Source: Thermodesulfobacteriota bacterium (GTDB lineage Bacteria; Desulfobacterota_D; UBA1144; Nemesobacterales; JAJCZQ01). From it: a DNA stretch of 64,000 bases. The position numbers and the translations under genes are program-made. The stretch is taken from positions 1,184,001-1,248,000 of the forward strand of contig CBDBDR010000017.1 in assembly GCA_965203965.1 (NCBI GenBank), in the 5' to 3' direction. The first letter of the stretch is position 1, and every line of letters begins with the position of its first letter. The notes under the pieces were generated by a model, which worked only from the letters and a program-made list of their open reading frames with translations, was not told the DNA's origin and searched no databases. Positions 39,660 through 50,379 of the stretch are shown here, piece by piece.

Positions 39660-41795
39660 CTATTTTAATATGTTAATTCCTTTTTCCTGCAGCATCACTC
39701 TACGCTTTTGCTCTTCTTCAAGTATCTGCTGTATATCATCCTCCGTTTCAACTATGCGAGGTGTGAGAAGAATGATTAAATTCAGCTTTTGATTCTGCTT
39801 TCGTTTTTGTTTAAACAGGTTGCCAAGCAAGGGTATATCCCCGAACAAAGGTGTTTTATTTTCCAAAATACTTTCTCTGTCTGATACCAATCCGCCTATT
39901 ACAATGGTTTGTCCGTCTTTTACTATGATGGAAGAATCAGCCGTTCTGGTTTGTGTAGCAATACCAAAATCTTGTGTGTTTAAGTCCTGAGGAGAATTAG
40001 CGATATTAGACACTTCTGTTATAATATTCAAACTCAGAAAATTTCCTTCATTTATTTGAGGTGTGATTGCGAGTTTTATACCCACAGGGAGCCTCTCAAT
40101 TGTATTGACTGTTACACCGGATGTTCCCACCGTGCTTCCAGTAGGGAAGGGAATAATGTCTGCTACTGTTATTTCAGCTTCTTCATTGTCAGTAGTTAGA
40201 ATGCTAGGAGTTGAAAGCACATTTACATCGGTTACGGATGATAATGCCTGAAATAAAGCTGCAAATGAAGGTATTGGTGGTATTGGACCCGATCCGTCAA
40301 TATCTACTTCTTCACCAACAATTCCAAGAAACAAACCGGAAAGAGTCCCGAGTGTATTCACTGCCTGTTCCGAACTTACTGAAGCACCCAGCAGGCTAGA
40401 TACACCCGGAAGTTGCTGACCGCCGAATATAAGGTTGTCATTATTAGCGGTGAGACCAAGATTAAAATTAATCCCGAAAGATGTAAGGTCGTTTAAGCTG
40501 ACTTCCAAGATTGCTGCTTCTACAAATACCTGCTTTCTTCTTATATCAAGTTTTTCTATAACTGTTTTAATTGTTTTATAATCTTTTCTTGATCCCACGA
40601 TTATGACAGAATTTGTGGTGGGGTCAGAAGTAATCCTTAACTCTTCTGTCTCAATTGAAATTGAATTTAAGCTGTTGGATCTTAATGCTCTTGTTTTTGT
40701 AGCACTATTACCACTGAAGCTGCCCGGTGTGGAGTTTAATATGCCTGTAGATTTTGATTCTTGATTTTGAGTAACAGTAGAAGCAGTATTTCTGCCACCA
40801 CTTGTGCCGATTATGTTTGATAAAACACTGACTATCTGTTCCGCATCGGCATTTTTTATCCTGATAACATAAATGCCTTGCTCAACCTGTTCTGTCTCAA
40901 CGTCCAGTATTTTTATTACTTTCTTGATATTTTCCATATCATGTGGATAGGCAATTATTATCAGGTGGTTGTTTCTCTCATCAGTGATTACTTTGAATCC
41001 TAGTATGTCAGACTCACCTTCTACTAGGGTTTTGTTAGTATTGGCGCTGCGGTTCCGGCTATTTCTTCTTGACCGACTTGAGGATGAGGGGGAACTTGGT
41101 CTGAGTTGTGAATTGGAACTGAATATTTGCAGTAACTTTGTTGCAATATCGGCTGCTTCTACGTTGTTTATCTTAATAAGTTCTATTTTTCTCTCTATGT
41201 CAAGGTTGGCAATTATATCAAGAATCCTGTTCACGTTATCAATTTTTTCAATTATTATCAGTTTATTAGAAGAAGGATAAGCCAGAACTTCTCCATCTTT
41301 TGAAGTGAGTGGTTTGAGTATACTTGAAATATCACTTGCTTTTGTATGTTGCAATTTGATTATTTTTGTAATAAATCTGTCAGAAGAAGTTCTGTATGGA
41401 GGCGGTCCTACTTCAGTCGGAATGCTTTCTTTTTTGATGTCCTTTTTTCTTATGATTTTGTTCACACCATCTTTTTTGACGATTGCAAAACCATTCATAT
41501 CTAAAATGGTTTCAAATAATCTATCGGCATTCTTTCTTTTGAATCCACCCGGCGTAATGATTGTAACTTTTTTACCTTTTACAGATGAGTCTAAAATAAA
41601 TGTCTCTTCAGATATTTCACTCATGTATTCTATTAAGTCCTTAATTTCCATTTCGGACTCCAGATTGACCAGGTCATTATCATTGGAGTCTTTCACATGC
41701 TCGTCTTTCCCAGGTGTGTGTTGTGAATAACTCGGTGACACAAGTATGAAACTAAATATCAGCAGTAGTAAGGTGATTTCGTTAGTTTTTACCAT
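39660..41795 (-). CDS. gspD: T2SS secretin D
   Basis: Signal peptide, N0-N3 domains, LDIRRKQVFVEAAI, VGIKLAITPQI, GQTIVIGGL, PLFGDIPLLGNLF. Confidence 0.95.
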   Translation of the reverse strand: MVKTNEITLLLLIFSFILVSPSYSQHTPGKDEHVKDSNDNDLVNLESEMEIKDLIEYMSEISEETFILDSSVKGKKVTIITPGGFKRKNADRLFETILDMNGFAIVKKDGVNKIIRKKDIKKESIPTEVGPPPYRTSSDRFITKIIKLQHTKASDISSILKPLTSKDGEVLAYPSSNKLIIIEKIDNVNRILDIIANLDIERKIELIKINNVEAADIATKLLQIFSSNSQLRPSSPSSSSRSRRNSRNRSANTNKTLVEGESDILGFKVITDERNNHLIIIAYPHDMENIKKVIKILDVETEQVEQGIYVIRIKNADAEQIVSVLSNIIGTSGGRNTASTVTQNQESKSTGILNSTPGSFSGNSATKTRALRSNSLNSISIETEELRITSDPTTNSVIIVGSRKDYKTIKTVIEKLDIRRKQVFVEAAILEVSLNDLTSFGINFNLGLTANNDNLIFGGQQLPGVSSLLGASVSSEQAVNTLGTLSGLFLGIVGEEVDIDGSGPIPPIPSFAALFQALSSVTDVNVLSTPSILTTDNEEAEITVADIIPFPTGSTVGTSGVTVNTIERLPVGIKLAITPQINEGNFLSLNIITEVSNIANSPQDLNTQDFGIATQTRTADSSIIVKDGQTIVIGGLVSDRESILENKTPLFGDIPLLGNLFKQKRKQNQKLNLIILLTPRIVETEDDIQQILEEEQKRRVMLQEKGINILK

Positions 41796-41812
41796 CTTAA
41801 TTCAACAGCGTG

Positions 41813-42709
41813 TTAGTTTACCTCATAAGAGTAAGAGAACTTGCTGCCTTTTCTTGTAAGGTTAATGGTGAATTCTGATTCATTTTTCAGACTTTCTAAC
41901 AGATTCCACGCATTCTTCATATTATTCAACTCTACATCGTTAATTGTGTGAATAGTGTCGCCGCTTCTAATACCTATTTTGAAAAAAATTCCATTTGGTT
42001 TTACTCTGACAAACCTCATTCCATTTTGATTGGGAACTGCGGTTGCTTGTGTTATAAGTTTTGAAGGATCATCGAGCAATTCGTCAAGCATTTTTTTTTC
42101 AATCAACCATTGATTTTTACTGACTTTCTTAATTCCCTTCTGGTCGATGTTTTTAGAAGCATAATTTGTTTTTGTGGCGACAGTGTCTGATCTCTTCAGA
42201 CTTATTTTTTTATTGCACAGTAGAGTTTCTCTTCCTTTAGTTTCTCTTCCAACGATTACCTTGCAGTTGTCAATTTCAAGTAATTTTGTTTTTTCCGTCT
42301 TGATAACATCAATTACATCTCCATGTGTGTAGCTGTCTATCTTACCGTCATTGATATTTTTAATTATAGCAATTGAATTTCCGTTTACCTTTATATAGGT
42401 ACCAATTAATCTTAAATTCAGTTCGGTCTCCGGGACGTTTTGGATATAGGAACTGTTTTTTGATGTGTTTCCCGTCCCAAAGACGCTGCTCCTTAGTATG
42501 GTGTCATAATAAGACCTGTTCTGATGTCTGGTTTTTGTGTTCACAACATTTACGGACTTCACTAAACCGCCAGGGTAGATATTTGCAGAAGGTGAGTAAA
42601 TAGCTTTGGATAAAGCATCATTTAATATACGGGCTGATACATAAGAAATAGCAATTATGAGAATAAGGTTGATCACCCAATCATATTTTTTCAGAGCTAA
42701 TGGAAGCAT
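41813..42709 (-). CDS. gspC: T2SS protein C (TM + HR + PDZ)
   Basis: N-terminal TM, LNLRLIGT HR domain, C-terminal PDZ (IGIRSGDTIHTIN); first gene of the operon. Confidence 0.85.
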   Translation of the reverse strand: MLPLALKKYDWVINLILIIAISYVSARILNDALSKAIYSPSANIYPGGLVKSVNVVNTKTRHQNRSYYDTILRSSVFGTGNTSKNSSYIQNVPETELNLRLIGTYIKVNGNSIAIIKNINDGKIDSYTHGDVIDVIKTEKTKLLEIDNCKVIVGRETKGRETLLCNKKISLKRSDTVATKTNYASKNIDQKGIKKVSKNQWLIEKKMLDELLDDPSKLITQATAVPNQNGMRFVRVKPNGIFFKIGIRSGDTIHTINDVELNNMKNAWNLLESLKNESEFTINLTRKGSKFSYSYEVN

Positions 42710-42781
42710 AGTTGAATAAGCAATATACTTAATTTTTTATATCAAAATAAAGTGATACACTTTGTTTGTCAATTAAAATTC

Positions 42782-42857
42782 AAATTTTCAGTCTTGTAAT
42801 TTCTTGCCAATACTATTTATTGTAAGTCTCTATAACATCAAACAAGACTGAGAATTT
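42782..42857. repeat. 16-bp imperfect inverted repeat with inner stem
   Basis: AAATTTTCAGTCTTGT (42782-42797) / ACAAGACTGAGAATTT (42842-42857), one mismatch. Confidence 0.55.
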
Positions 42858-42922
42858 TCCATTGTCTCTATTATGTAACTACATGACTGTGTAGACATAG
42901 GTGAATTTCATATTTTTTAGTC

Positions 42923-42950
42923 TTGACAAAGCATATTCAGTGATTATCTT
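42923..42950 (+). promoter_or_regulatory. sigma70 promoter of groESL
   Basis: TTGACA-N16-TATCTT immediately upstream of the CIRCE element. Confidence 0.65.
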
Positions 42951-42962
42951 GCTCACAGTTAA

Positions 42963-42989
42963 TCAGCACTTAGGGTTTTTAAGTGCTGA
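42963..42989 (+). promoter_or_regulatory. CIRCE-like HrcA operator
   Basis: TCAGCACTT-N9-AAGTGCTGA versus consensus TTAGCACTC-N9-GAGTGCTAA; perfect palindrome between the promoter and groES. Confidence 0.85.
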
Positions 42990-43060
42990 TTTTGTATTAA
43001 TTAAGTAATAATTAAATGAAATTGTTATAATTATCAATCTAATCAAGGAGGATGTGTTAA

Positions 43061-43351
43061 ATGAAAATTAGACCTCTCAGCGACAGAGTGCTCATCAAGA
43101 GACTTGGTATTGAGGAAACGACTAAAGGGGGGATTATCATACCTGATACCGCGAAGGAAAAACCTCAAGAAGGAGAAGTGGTTGCAGTTGGTAACGGTAG
43201 AATACTTGAGGATGGCAGCGTCCAGTCCTTGGATGTAAAGCCTAAAGATAAGGTTCTGTTTAGCAAATATGGTGGAACTGATATTACCGTTGACGGAGTG
43301 GACTACCTTATTCTTAAAGAGGAAGATGTATTGGCAGTAATAGATAAGTAG
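43061..43351 (+). CDS. groES: Co-chaperonin GroES
   Basis: [33 protein letters not shown]. Confidence 0.98.
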   Translation: MKIRPLSDRVLIKRLGIEETTKGGIIIPDTAKEKPQEGEVVAVGNGRILEDGSVQSLDVKPKDKVLFSKYGGTDITVDGVDYLILKEEDVLAVIDK

Positions 43352-43372
43352 CAAACAAGTAAAACATGTTAA

Positions 43373-45040
<1,668 letters not shown>

Positions 45041-45073
45041 GGGCTGAATTGCCATTGAGAAGTTTATAAAATT

Positions 45074-45111
45074 AAAAAAGAGCGGGTTTAAACAACAAGC
45101 CCGCTTTTTTT
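45074..45111 (+). terminator. Intrinsic terminator after groEL
   Basis: A6 tract, stem AGCGGGTTT/AAGCCCGCT, T tract. Confidence 0.85.
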
Positions 45112-45189
45112 ATAGTTGAATACAAAATTATTTTTTCCGTGCACTATTATTATAATCTGATGTTTTTCTCCGTTTTTTAGATTGTTATC

Positions 45190-45217
45190 TTGACTTTAAG
45201 TCTGCTCTTGGTAAGTT
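45190..45217 (+). promoter_or_regulatory. Putative promoter of rplM-rpsI-ino1
   Basis: TTGACT-N16-TAAGTT with extended -10 TG. Confidence 0.5.
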
Positions 45218-45248
45218 AGCTTCTTTATTATTTTTGGGATATTATTAC

Positions 45249-45677
45249 ATGAAATCTTATGTTGCAAAAAACAGCGAGATTGAGCAAAAATGGTTTGTTA
45301 TAGACGCCGATGGTAAAACAGTTGGTCGTCTTGCAACCCGGATTGTAGTTATGCTCAGAGGAAAAGGAAAGCTTCATTTTACACCGCATTGCGATAATGG
45401 TGATTTTGTTATAGTTGTTAACGCAGAGAAGATTAATTTTACCGGTAAGAAGTGGGTGCAAAAAACTTATTACTGGCATACGCCTTACGTTGGTGGGTTA
45501 AAGTCAATTACGGCAGAAAAATTAAAGGAAAAAGATCCAGGGGAAATCATCAGGAAGGCCGTTTGGGGTATGTTACCCAAAAACAAATGGCAAAAAAAAT
45601 TAATCAAAAGGTTGAAGGTGTACTCAGGAAATTCACATCCGCATTCAGCACAGCAGCCAGCGGAGTTGGAGGTTTAG
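45249..45677 (+). CDS. rplM: 50S ribosomal protein L13
   Basis: WFVIDA...GRLAT...FTPH.D.GDFVIVVNAEK, GMLPK, HPHSAQQP; start moved to ATG 45249. Confidence 0.98.
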   Translation: MKSYVAKNSEIEQKWFVIDADGKTVGRLATRIVVMLRGKGKLHFTPHCDNGDFVIVVNAEKINFTGKKWVQKTYYWHTPYVGGLKSITAEKLKEKDPGEIIRKAVWGMLPKNKWQKKLIKRLKVYSGNSHPHSAQQPAELEV

Positions 45678-45682
45678 TTTAA

Positions 45683-46075
45683 ATGCCAGAAACGTTATTT
45701 GGAGGGGTAGGTAAAAGAAAAACTTCAGTTGCTAGAGTTTGGCTTAAGTCCGGCGGCGAGAGTTTTCTAATCAACAATAAAAAACTTGATGATTACTTCC
45801 CGCGTGAGATGTGGAAGATAAGAGTAAATGAACCCTTAGAAATAACTGGTACAAAGGATAAATTCTCCGTAGTTGTAAACGTGAAAGGCGGCGGCCTTAC
45901 AGGTCAGGCAGATGCAATTAGGCATGGTCTTTCAAGAGTGTTATTGAAATCAGATGATTCACTTCGCAAAAAGTTGAAAACAGCTGGACTGCTTAAACGT
46001 GACCCGCGAATGGTAGAAAGTAAGAAATACGGCAAAAGAAAAGCAAGAAGAGGGCAGCAGTTCTCAAAGAGGTAA
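45683..46075 (+). CDS. rpsI: 30S ribosomal protein S9
   Basis: GKRKTSVARV, GGGLTGQA, RDPRMVE.KKYG, QFSKR. Confidence 0.98.
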   Translation: MPETLFGGVGKRKTSVARVWLKSGGESFLINNKKLDDYFPREMWKIRVNEPLEITGTKDKFSVVVNVKGGGLTGQADAIRHGLSRVLLKSDDSLRKKLKTAGLLKRDPRMVESKKYGKRKARRGQQFSKR

Positions 46076-46082
46076 TTTCTTC

Positions 46083-47432
46083 TTGTCCAAACTTTCAAGA
46101 CAATCAGATAAAATCAGTAAGATTGATATAAAACAACCGACCGGTAGGCTTGGTGTTTTACTTCCAGGAATGGGTGGTGCGGTTAGTACAACCTTTATTG
46201 CCGGTGTTGAAGCCATAAATAAAGGGATCGGTAAACCCATAGGTTCATTAACCCAAATGGGTACTATAAGGCTTGGAAAAAGAACCCAGAAAAAAGTTCC
46301 TTTAATCAAAGATCTTGTACCTCTTGCTGACTGTAAGAGTCTTAAATTTGGCGGATGGGATATATTCTCGAGTAACTGTTATGATGCTGCTTTAAAATCA
46401 GGTGTTTTGCAGGAAAAACTCTTAGACAGATTGAAAAACAAACTGAAAAAGCACGTACCAATGAAGGCGGTTTTCAGTCAACAATACGTTAAAAATCTTT
46501 CTGGCAGTCATATCAAGAAAGGTAAGACAAAAATGGATCTTGCCGATCAAATCATTAAAGATATTGAAGAGTTTAAGAAGCAAAGTAAAGCCGATAGACT
46601 TGTTATGATCTGGTGTGGAAGCACCGAAGTCTTTATCAAGCCTACGAAAGTCCACAAGACACTAGAGAGTTTTGAGAAGGGATTAAAGGAAAACAGTGAT
46701 GATATTCCGCCGAGTATGATCTATGCCTACGCTGCTATAAAATGTGGTATTCCCTATGCTAACGGAGCACCAAATCTCTCCGTGGATGTTCCGGCTCTTG
46801 AGAGTCTTGCCATAAAAAACAAAGTTCCAATTTCAGGAAAAGATTTTAAGACCGGACAGACTTTAATGAAAACTATCTTGGCTCCCGGATTCAAAAGTAG
46901 ACTGCTTGGGATTAACGGTTGGTTTTCTACCAATATACTTGGTAACAGGGATGGTGAGGTTCTAGATGATCCTTGGTCGTTTAAAACCAAAGAAGAAAGC
47001 AAGCTCAGTGTTCTTGGCAGTATATTTCAGCCTAAATTACATCCTGATCTATACTCCGATCTCTACCACAAGGTGCGGATTAACTATTATCCACCACGAG
47101 GTGACGCAAAAGAGGCATGGGATAATATAGATATATTCGGTTGGCTCAATTATCCGATGCAGATAAAGGTGAATTTCCTTTGCAGAGATAGTATCCTTGC
47201 AGCCCCAATTGTTTTAGACTTGGTGCTTTTCCTTGACCTTGCACAAAGAGCGGGAATGTATGGTATTCAGGAATGGCTTTCTTTCTATTTTAAAAGTCCC
47301 ATGGTAGACAAATCTCTTTACCCCGAGCATGATCTCTTTATCCAGCTTATGAAGCTCAAAAATACCCTGAGATATATCATGGGGGAAGACTTAATCACTC
47401 ATTTAGGTCTGGATTATTACGATTTGATGTAG
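46083..47432 (+). CDS. ino1: myo-inositol-1-phosphate synthase
   Basis: GGWDI, WCGSTE, NGAPN, GKDFKTGQT, STNILGNRDG, RDSILAAP, SFYFKSP. Confidence 0.92.
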   Translation: MSKLSRQSDKISKIDIKQPTGRLGVLLPGMGGAVSTTFIAGVEAINKGIGKPIGSLTQMGTIRLGKRTQKKVPLIKDLVPLADCKSLKFGGWDIFSSNCYDAALKSGVLQEKLLDRLKNKLKKHVPMKAVFSQQYVKNLSGSHIKKGKTKMDLADQIIKDIEEFKKQSKADRLVMIWCGSTEVFIKPTKVHKTLESFEKGLKENSDDIPPSMIYAYAAIKCGIPYANGAPNLSVDVPALESLAIKNKVPISGKDFKTGQTLMKTILAPGFKSRLLGINGWFSTNILGNRDGEVLDDPWSFKTKEESKLSVLGSIFQPKLHPDLYSDLYHKVRINYYPPRGDAKEAWDNIDIFGWLNYPMQIKVNFLCRDSILAAPIVLDLVLFLDLAQRAGMYGIQEWLSFYFKSPMVDKSLYPEHDLFIQLMKLKNTLRYIMGEDLITHLGLDYYDLM

Positions 47433-47664
47433 TGCATTCTCATTTACGATCTAACTGTAATAAAATCCGTATTCCTTGGACAAATACTCTATCTATTTGC
47501 ATGTATTTCAACCCCAATGAGTTCCTTTCTTTATGGTAAAAGAAAAAGAGATTGGAAGCGCACAAGTCAAATCACAAAGCCGTAGAGAAAAGAAGTTTTT
47601 ATTGTGTTAATATCTTGGTATAACTCCAACACGGTAACGGTTGTGCCATTTGATATATTTTGTC

Positions 47665-47742
47665 TGGTAGCCCCAACGGGATTTGAACCCGTGTTTCAGC
47701 CTTGAGAGGGCTGCGTCCTAAGCCAGGCTAGACGATGGGGCC
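47665..47742 (-). tRNA. tRNA-Glu (CUC)
   Basis: Reverse complement GGCCCCATCGTCTAG...CAGCC-CT CTC AA-GGCTG...ACGGG-TTCAAAT-CCCGT-TGGGGCT-A-CCA. Confidence 0.97.
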
Positions 47743-47778
47743 TTTTTTCAGATTGGGAGTGAAGCCTATCATAAACAT

Positions 47779-49161
47779 TCACAATTCAGAAATTTCTTTT
47801 TTGGCTATGCTAATCATTTTCTTAACGTTTACAGGAGATGTGCCGCCGTAGGATGTCTTGCTTTTTATTGAACCTTGAATTGAGATGTATTGAAATATGT
47901 CAGTTTCAATTAATTTTGAAAAACTTTTTATCTCTTCCAGCGACAGATCCTCCAGTTCCTTATCTTTTGCTTCTGCGTAAGCGACTATTTCTCCCGTAAC
48001 TTCGTGTGCGTTCCTGAAAGGCATACCTTTTGCGGTCAGGTAATCTGCCACGTCGGTAGCCGTTATAAATCCCTGTCTGAGAGCTCTTTGCATATTTTCT
48101 TTTTTGAACCTGATTTTTCCCAACATCTCGTTATTAAGTTCAAGGCAAGCTCTGACAGTATCAATCGTGTCAAAAAGAGGTTCTTTATCTTCTTGCATAT
48201 CACGATTGTAGGATAGGGGAAGACCTTTGAGGAGAATCAGAATAGCATTCAGATTTCCATATACCCTTGCTATTTTACCGCGAGTCAATTCCGCCATGTC
48301 AGGATTTTTTTTCTGGGGCATTATGCTTGAACCTGTGGTGAAATTATCTCCAAGATCGACGAAATCAAACTCCCTTGATGACCAGAGCACAAGCTCTTCG
48401 GATAACCGAGACAAGTGCATCATGAGAATAGAGCAGCAAAAGATAAATTCGGCTATAAAGTCACGGTCACTTACAGTATCGATGCTGTTACGAGACATGC
48501 TGTCAAATCCTAGTGATACGGTGGTTTGTTGCCTGTCAATTGGAAAAGAAGTTCCTGCACCTGCACCTGTGCCGAGCGGATTTACCTTGACCCTTTTTAA
48601 GCAATCCCTGAATCTTTTATTGTCGCGGCTGAGCATTTCAAAGAATGCAAGCATGTGATGAGCCAGCAGAATGGGCTGTGCCCTTTGCATGTGAGTGTAA
48701 AGTGGGGTCATAACTTCAATATTTTTTTCTGCCAACTTTATAAATTGACCTGACAATTTTTTCAGCAGATCTAGTATCTCTTTACCTTCCTTCAGAATGT
48801 AAAGACGAATATCCACCAAGACTTGATCGTTGCGGCTTCTCGCAGTGTGAATTTTTCCTCCGACTTCACCGATTTTTTCAATCAGGCGCTTTTCTATATT
48901 GAGATGAATGTCCTCACATTCTTCCCTAAATGGAAATTCCCCTGACACTATTTCTTTTTTAATGGAATTCAGACCCTTAATAATTTTATCGGCATCATGT
49001 TTTGGAATGATACCCTGTTTTGCAAGCATGCGGACATGTGCAATGCTTGCTTTTATATCCTCATTGTAAAGACGCTTATCAAAACTCACGGATTCAGAGA
49101 ATCGTTCGGCGATCTTACTTGTGGATTTCTTAAATCTTCCTCCCCATGCCTTTTTAGCCAA
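47779..49161 (-). CDS. argH: Argininosuccinate lyase
   Basis: WGGRF, HTARSRNDQ, YTHMQRAQP, GSSIMPQKKNPD, YNRDMQEDKE. Confidence 0.97.
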   Translation of the reverse strand: MAKKAWGGRFKKSTSKIAERFSESVSFDKRLYNEDIKASIAHVRMLAKQGIIPKHDADKIIKGLNSIKKEIVSGEFPFREECEDIHLNIEKRLIEKIGEVGGKIHTARSRNDQVLVDIRLYILKEGKEILDLLKKLSGQFIKLAEKNIEVMTPLYTHMQRAQPILLAHHMLAFFEMLSRDNKRFRDCLKRVKVNPLGTGAGAGTSFPIDRQQTTVSLGFDSMSRNSIDTVSDRDFIAEFIFCCSILMMHLSRLSEELVLWSSREFDFVDLGDNFTTGSSIMPQKKNPDMAELTRGKIARVYGNLNAILILLKGLPLSYNRDMQEDKEPLFDTIDTVRACLELNNEMLGKIRFKKENMQRALRQGFITATDVADYLTAKGMPFRNAHEVTGEIVAYAEAKDKELEDLSLEEIKSFSKLIETDIFQYISIQGSIKSKTSYGGTSPVNVKKMISIAKKEISEL

Positions 49162-50260
49162 CGTTGTTTTCTCTCAAATCAGTTTTTATCTTTTGCACCT
49201 TATCAGTTTCATTGAAAAAAAGTGTCTGCGTTGGATAGGCAAATTCTATGCCTTCATCCTTAAATCTTTTATATATTTCAAGATTGATATTTTGCTGTGC
49301 GTTCATGTAGTCATTGTAGTCAGCATTTGTCACATAATAAACTATTTCAAAGTTCAATGAAAAATCTCCGTATGAATAAAAATGGGCGCGTTCAAATCTT
49401 GTTTTTGGTTTCTGTGTAATAATTTCGTTCAATATATCCGGGATTGCTTTCAGTTTTAGATGAGGAGTGTCATAAACAACACCGAGGGTAAACAATATCC
49501 TACGGTCTCTCATCCTTTTATAGTTTTTAATCCTGCTTTGCAGCAGGTCATTATTGGAAAATATTAGTTGTTCACCCGAGAGACTTCTTACTCTTGTAGT
49601 CTTTAAACCTATGTTTTCCACGTTTCCTCTCATATCATCAATTATTATGAAATCACCTATTTCAAATGGCTTGTCCAGAATTATAGATAGTGATGCAATT
49701 ACGTCACTAAGCATGTTCTGGAGAGCCAGTGCAACTGCTATGCCACCAATTCCAAGTCCTGTGACCAATGTAGTAACGTTAAAGCCGAGATTGCTTATAA
49801 TGATTAGTGTAATAATTATCCAGATGATAGACTTCGCACAAAAGCCTAGCGCTTTTAATTGAGTTACCGTTGCCCCTGTCTTAAATTCCTCTTTTGAAAT
49901 AATCCTGTTTATGTAGTAGGAAATCAGTCCTCCGCACCAAAATGCGACCTGAAAAAGCAATATTATCAGAATTATAGCTTTTCTTATGGATGCTATGACT
50001 TCATTGACACTTAGGAACAGCGAACCTATGTAAAGTGAGGCGGCGGTAAGTAGCAGCATGCTGGTTTTAGATAAAAGTTCTAAAATCAGGTCATCAAATT
50101 GGTTATGTGTTCTTTCTGCAAATTTTTTGAAGCGATTTATAAACAGCTTGTTGAGAGTAAAAAATACAATGAATAGAACAACTGAGACTGCAAGTGCAAT
50201 TAACCACTGTTCTAAACTGTTATCAAAATAAATTTGTTGGGATATTTTATTAAACTCCAA
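49154..50260 (-). CDS. MscS-family mechanosensitive channel
   Basis: TM segments, GIGGIAVALALQN, DKPFEIGD, G.VE.IGLKTT, GIEFAYPT. Confidence 0.92.
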   Translation of the reverse strand: MEFNKISQQIYFDNSLEQWLIALAVSVVLFIVFFTLNKLFINRFKKFAERTHNQFDDLILELLSKTSMLLLTAASLYIGSLFLSVNEVIASIRKAIILIILLFQVAFWCGGLISYYINRIISKEEFKTGATVTQLKALGFCAKSIIWIIITLIIISNLGFNVTTLVTGLGIGGIAVALALQNMLSDVIASLSIILDKPFEIGDFIIIDDMRGNVENIGLKTTRVRSLSGEQLIFSNNDLLQSRIKNYKRMRDRRILFTLGVVYDTPHLKLKAIPDILNEIITQKPKTRFERAHFYSYGDFSLNFEIVYYVTNADYNDYMNAQQNINLEIYKRFKDEGIEFAYPTQTLFFNETDKVQKIKTDLRENNVG

Positions 50261-50379
50261 GACGTATTATTGTAAATGTTCGGTAAATTGTTGGCAAGAT
50301 TATGAGCGTTGCCTCTAATGATGAATGTTAAAATACGATCCGAAGTTATAATTTGAAAATAATTCCTGAATCAAGAGTC

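Noticed and set aside
47433..47664. Possible integration scar downstream of tRNA-Glu
   Set aside because: No duplicated tRNA 3' end or integrase seen in the window.
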